A stretch of DNA of 64,000 nt from Promethearchaeota archaeon (GTDB taxonomy: Archaea > Asgardarchaeota > Lokiarchaeia > Sigyniarchaeales > SOKP01), in contig JAEOSU010000051.1 of assembly GCA_016840165.1 (NCBI GenBank), forward strand, positions 1 through 64,000, read 5' to 3'. Within the stretch, counting starts at the first letter, position 1. Every line of letters begins with the position of its first letter. The position numbers and the translations under genes are program-made. Of the stretch, positions 61,315 through 64,000 are shown in pieces. A model generated the notes under the pieces. That model ran no database searches and had not been told where the DNA came from. It saw only the letters and a list, made by a program, of their open reading frames with translations.

Positions 61315-61794
61315 CTATTTCTTCTTTTTTTTTGGAATTATTTTCATTAGTTCAATAATAATTCCAAAAGTATCTTCAGTATCCATATAAGCATAATGCA
61401 GTTTTACAATCTGCCCCATTTGAAGCGCTTTGATTCCCTTCTTTTTAAAATCTTCAACAGATAAATCGAGATCATCGACATACCTACCAATATGGTGAAA
61501 ACCTTCTCTCCCGCTATTAATAAATTCCTGATATATGTTCTCTCCATCTAATGGCTGAATCAGTTCAATATTTAAATTGAAATATTGCGTAGTTCCTAGC
61601 TTAATAGAATTTTTCGTTTCTTTTCCACGGTATGTGATTGTCTGATCATGAAATTCGAAGAAGGTAATCTTGGGGATATTATATATTGATTCCAATATTT
61701 GAGCTTGTTTTTCTACATCTTTATAGACAAAACCTAGTTGATCTACCTTTAAATCATTTAAAATTAGTCTATTTTCTTCATTCATAATAATCAT
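61315..61794 (-). CDS. VOC family protein (methylmalonyl-CoA epimerase / glyoxalase-like)
   Basis: DQLGFVYKD, IELIQP, EGFHHIG, YMDT...GIIIEL. Confidence 0.85.
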   Translation of the reverse strand: MIIMNEENRLILNDLKVDQLGFVYKDVEKQAQILESIYNIPKITFFEFHDQTITYRGKETKNSIKLGTTQYFNLNIELIQPLDGENIYQEFINSGREGFHHIGRYVDDLDLSVEDFKKKGIKALQMGQIVKLHYAYMDTEDTFGIIIELMKIIPKKKKK

Positions 61795-61806
61795 ATAAAT
61801 TTTTAT

Positions 61807-62193
61807 TTAATAATTCCTAAAATTTGATATTAATCGTTCTAACTCACGATTCCAACTATCTAAATCTTTTACATACCATGCTGCTGCATCTATATCGCCC
61901 TGATCATTCTCAAAGGTAATTTTTAATAAGGTTCTGAAAACTGATTTGCCAAGGAACGATTTTGGATTTTCCACAGACTTAATTGCCACTATCGGTATTT
62001 TTAATTCCTTTTTCGGAGTCCACATCCCAAAAAAGAGTTCTTTATCCGTCAAGATTAGAACTCCATTCCCCCGAATTTGAGGTACCCGTTTTGAATCTTG
62101 GCCAAAGAAGTTTGCTCCTCTACTAGTGAGTAAAACATTCTTTCCAACAAATTGGTCCTCAATCTCTCGAGTGCGTTTTTTGAATAGTGGCAT
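61807..62193 (-). CDS. PH/GRAM-like fold protein
   Basis: RGNGVLILTDKELFF...IPI..I..V...W...L pattern. Confidence 0.55.
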   Translation of the reverse strand: MPLFKKRTREIEDQFVGKNVLLTSRGANFFGQDSKRVPQIRGNGVLILTDKELFFGMWTPKKELKIPIVAIKSVENPKSFLGKSVFRTLLKITFENDQGDIDAAAWYVKDLDSWNRELERLISNFRNY

Positions 62194-62317
62194 TATTCAT
62201 TTTCTCTTATTTAAGATAAAAATCATGTTAAAATTAATAAAAATAAGAACAAATTATATTTAAAATTTAAAGCTTATCGAGATAGAACTATGTACCATAT
62301 TTTTAAAAAAAATGTTT

Positions 62318-63916
62318 TTAAGTTATACTCGTAGATTTTCTATCATATTCTTCTTTCTGTGCAGAATTTATCCCTTTCTTCTCTAATTGGTTGAAAAACA
62401 TCCCAACTCGTTCTTCAAACCCGAGATAATCCTTCTTATTCTTTTGTGTCCAACCGATCTCTGTTATCGCGAACAACCGTGGAAATAATTGCCATTCTAA
62501 CTTCTCGCGTGTTTTAATCAATTCTGTCCATACACATGCCTCAATTCCAACAATATTTTTATGATAATCATCCAATAAAACCTCTGGAATTGGATCATAT
62601 TGATAAACATTTTTCAATGAATTAGCCTTATATGAGTGGTTCAAATAGGTATGATTGATTTCAGAAATAATAACTTTTCTTCCTCTTCTCAGTTCATTGA
62701 GAATTTCCTCATGAGAGGCATTCCAATATTGACAATATACCTCTTTATTTAGGCTTTTATCAATGGTTTCATTCCAACTCACAACTTTCTTGCCATGAGC
62801 TATAAGAAAATCCGAGATTCTATTCGTAAAATAAAGTTGAAGTCCATCAACATTTTCAATCTTTTCTTGAGCTATCCTAGCTTGACAATCAGGACATCTT
62901 TTCCATCGACTTCTTGGAGCCTCATCGCCACCAATATGTATATATTCTGAAGGAAATAAATCGATAACCTCGCTTAAGATACCTTTGATATATTCGAAGG
63001 TTAGTTCTTTCCCGATACATAATACGTCTCTATAAATGCCAAATTGAGTTCCCACTTCAAATGGTCCTCCAGTACAACTTAATTCAGGATAAGATGCAAG
63101 TAAAGCCATAGTGTGCCCTGGAAGATCGATTTCTGGAATCACTGTGATATATCTCTGAGCAGCATAATCGATAATCTCCTTAATCTCCTCTTGTCTATAG
63201 TATCCTATTACAGGAATTCCGTCATTTTCAGTATTAGCGAAACTAGAATTTACAAACAATTTGCTTTTGGCCACAGCAGTTCCTTTTCTTTTCGATCCAA
63301 CTTCAATAAGTTTTGGATATCTCTTAATATCTATTCTCCATCCTTGATCATCGGTTAAATGCCAATGAAAAGTATTTAGTTTCAGTAATGCCATTATATC
63401 AAGGATACTTTTAACAATTTCTTTTCCAAAAAAGTGTCGTGCCTCATCTAACATAAATCCGCGCCACTGAAATCTTGGCACATCCTTAATTTCTACGCAG
63501 TTAAGCTTTAAAAAGACTTCTTCATTTTTATTGAACGCTGGATCCTTTTGAGAAATTAATTGGATGATAGTCTGAATTCCATAGAAAATGCCATTCTCAG
63601 TTGGTGAAATGAGTTCAATTTTATCTTCATTAATAGTTAAATGATATGCTTGAGGATTTTCATCCCCTAACCCACCAAGTTGTAAGATAATACAATTGTT
63701 CTTTTCTTTAGTGCTTTCAGAAGCAAAAATATTTAGATCTAAGTTATGGTTATCGTTAAGGAAATTGTTGAGATAGATGGCTAATGATTTCAACTCTTCA
63801 CTACAAATTATGGTTGTTTCCCTACTTATTATAAAACTATTAGATTTATTGATAATAAAGTTAGGTTTAGGGATTAAAGTATGTAAAATAGGTTTATTAA
63901 TTTTATGTTCTTCCAA
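62318..63916 (-). CDS. beta-N-acetylhexosaminidase (GH20)
   Basis: DVPRFQWRGFMLDEARHF, HWHLTDDQGWR, PEIDLPGH, HIGGDE catalytic pair, ACVWTE, FPRL. Confidence 0.95.
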   Translation of the reverse strand: MEEHKINKPILHTLIPKPNFIINKSNSFIISRETTIICSEELKSLAIYLNNFLNDNHNLDLNIFASESTKEKNNCIILQLGGLGDENPQAYHLTINEDKIELISPTENGIFYGIQTIIQLISQKDPAFNKNEEVFLKLNCVEIKDVPRFQWRGFMLDEARHFFGKEIVKSILDIMALLKLNTFHWHLTDDQGWRIDIKRYPKLIEVGSKRKGTAVAKSKLFVNSSFANTENDGIPVIGYYRQEEIKEIIDYAAQRYITVIPEIDLPGHTMALLASYPELSCTGGPFEVGTQFGIYRDVLCIGKELTFEYIKGILSEVIDLFPSEYIHIGGDEAPRSRWKRCPDCQARIAQEKIENVDGLQLYFTNRISDFLIAHGKKVVSWNETIDKSLNKEVYCQYWNASHEEILNELRRGRKVIISEINHTYLNHSYKANSLKNVYQYDPIPEVLLDDYHKNIVGIEACVWTELIKTREKLEWQLFPRLFAITEIGWTQKNKKDYLGFEERVGMFFNQLEKKGINSAQKEEYDRKSTSIT

Positions 63917-64000
63917 ATATTATCCCCATTATAATAAAATTTATTCATCTAAGTTAGAAAAACTCTTAAAAAATATAAGGGTAATTTAAACTATAGATTC

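Noticed and set aside
2421-63989. Many 60-160 aa ORFs overlapping or antisense to confident genes (e.g. 21271..21498, 26920..27327, 47395..47868, 56522..56926)
   Set aside because: Shadow frames of well-supported genes with no motifs of their own.
1-64000. CRISPR arrays, tRNA/rRNA genes, transposases or integrases
   Set aside because: No regularly spaced repeats, cloverleaf-like GC-rich segments or recombinase motifs were seen by eye; a covariance-model scan would be needed to exclude small RNAs.

Overview
AT-rich archaeal chromosomal segment, most likely from an Asgard archaeon of the Lokiarchaeia type. This rests on a Rab-like small GTPase without a CaaX tail, I[P/N]G[F/Y]-TM-basic C-terminal sorting signals, an SDS22-type LRR, the Loki-expanded 'FWG(H/T)CSNLQAW' domain and BRE/TATA promoters. 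Contents in order: a duplicated membrane alpha/beta-hydrolase + crotonase unit; a beta-helix surface protein; DUF1846; pyrG; 4-hydroxybutyryl-CoA dehydratase; MaoC hydratase; an unusual Opp/Dpp-type ABC importer; a beta-oxidation cluster with TetR; carAB; a large phosphate locus (PiT, two DUF47, AbrB-PhoU, pstS, fused pstC-A, pstB, phoU); a heterodimeric ABC exporter; glnA; an accessory LRR region; and a GH20 hexosaminidase. The best candidate for an undescribed system is the Opp/Dpp-like importer. Both of its ATPases are fused to large polytopic membrane domains, its operon starts with an extra unknown membrane protein, and its binding protein shares a 72-bp near-identical promoter/operator with a convergent M24-fold enzyme that lacks the metal ligands. 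No tRNA, rRNA, CRISPR array or transposase was recognised. All family calls come from motif recognition by eye, not database searches.
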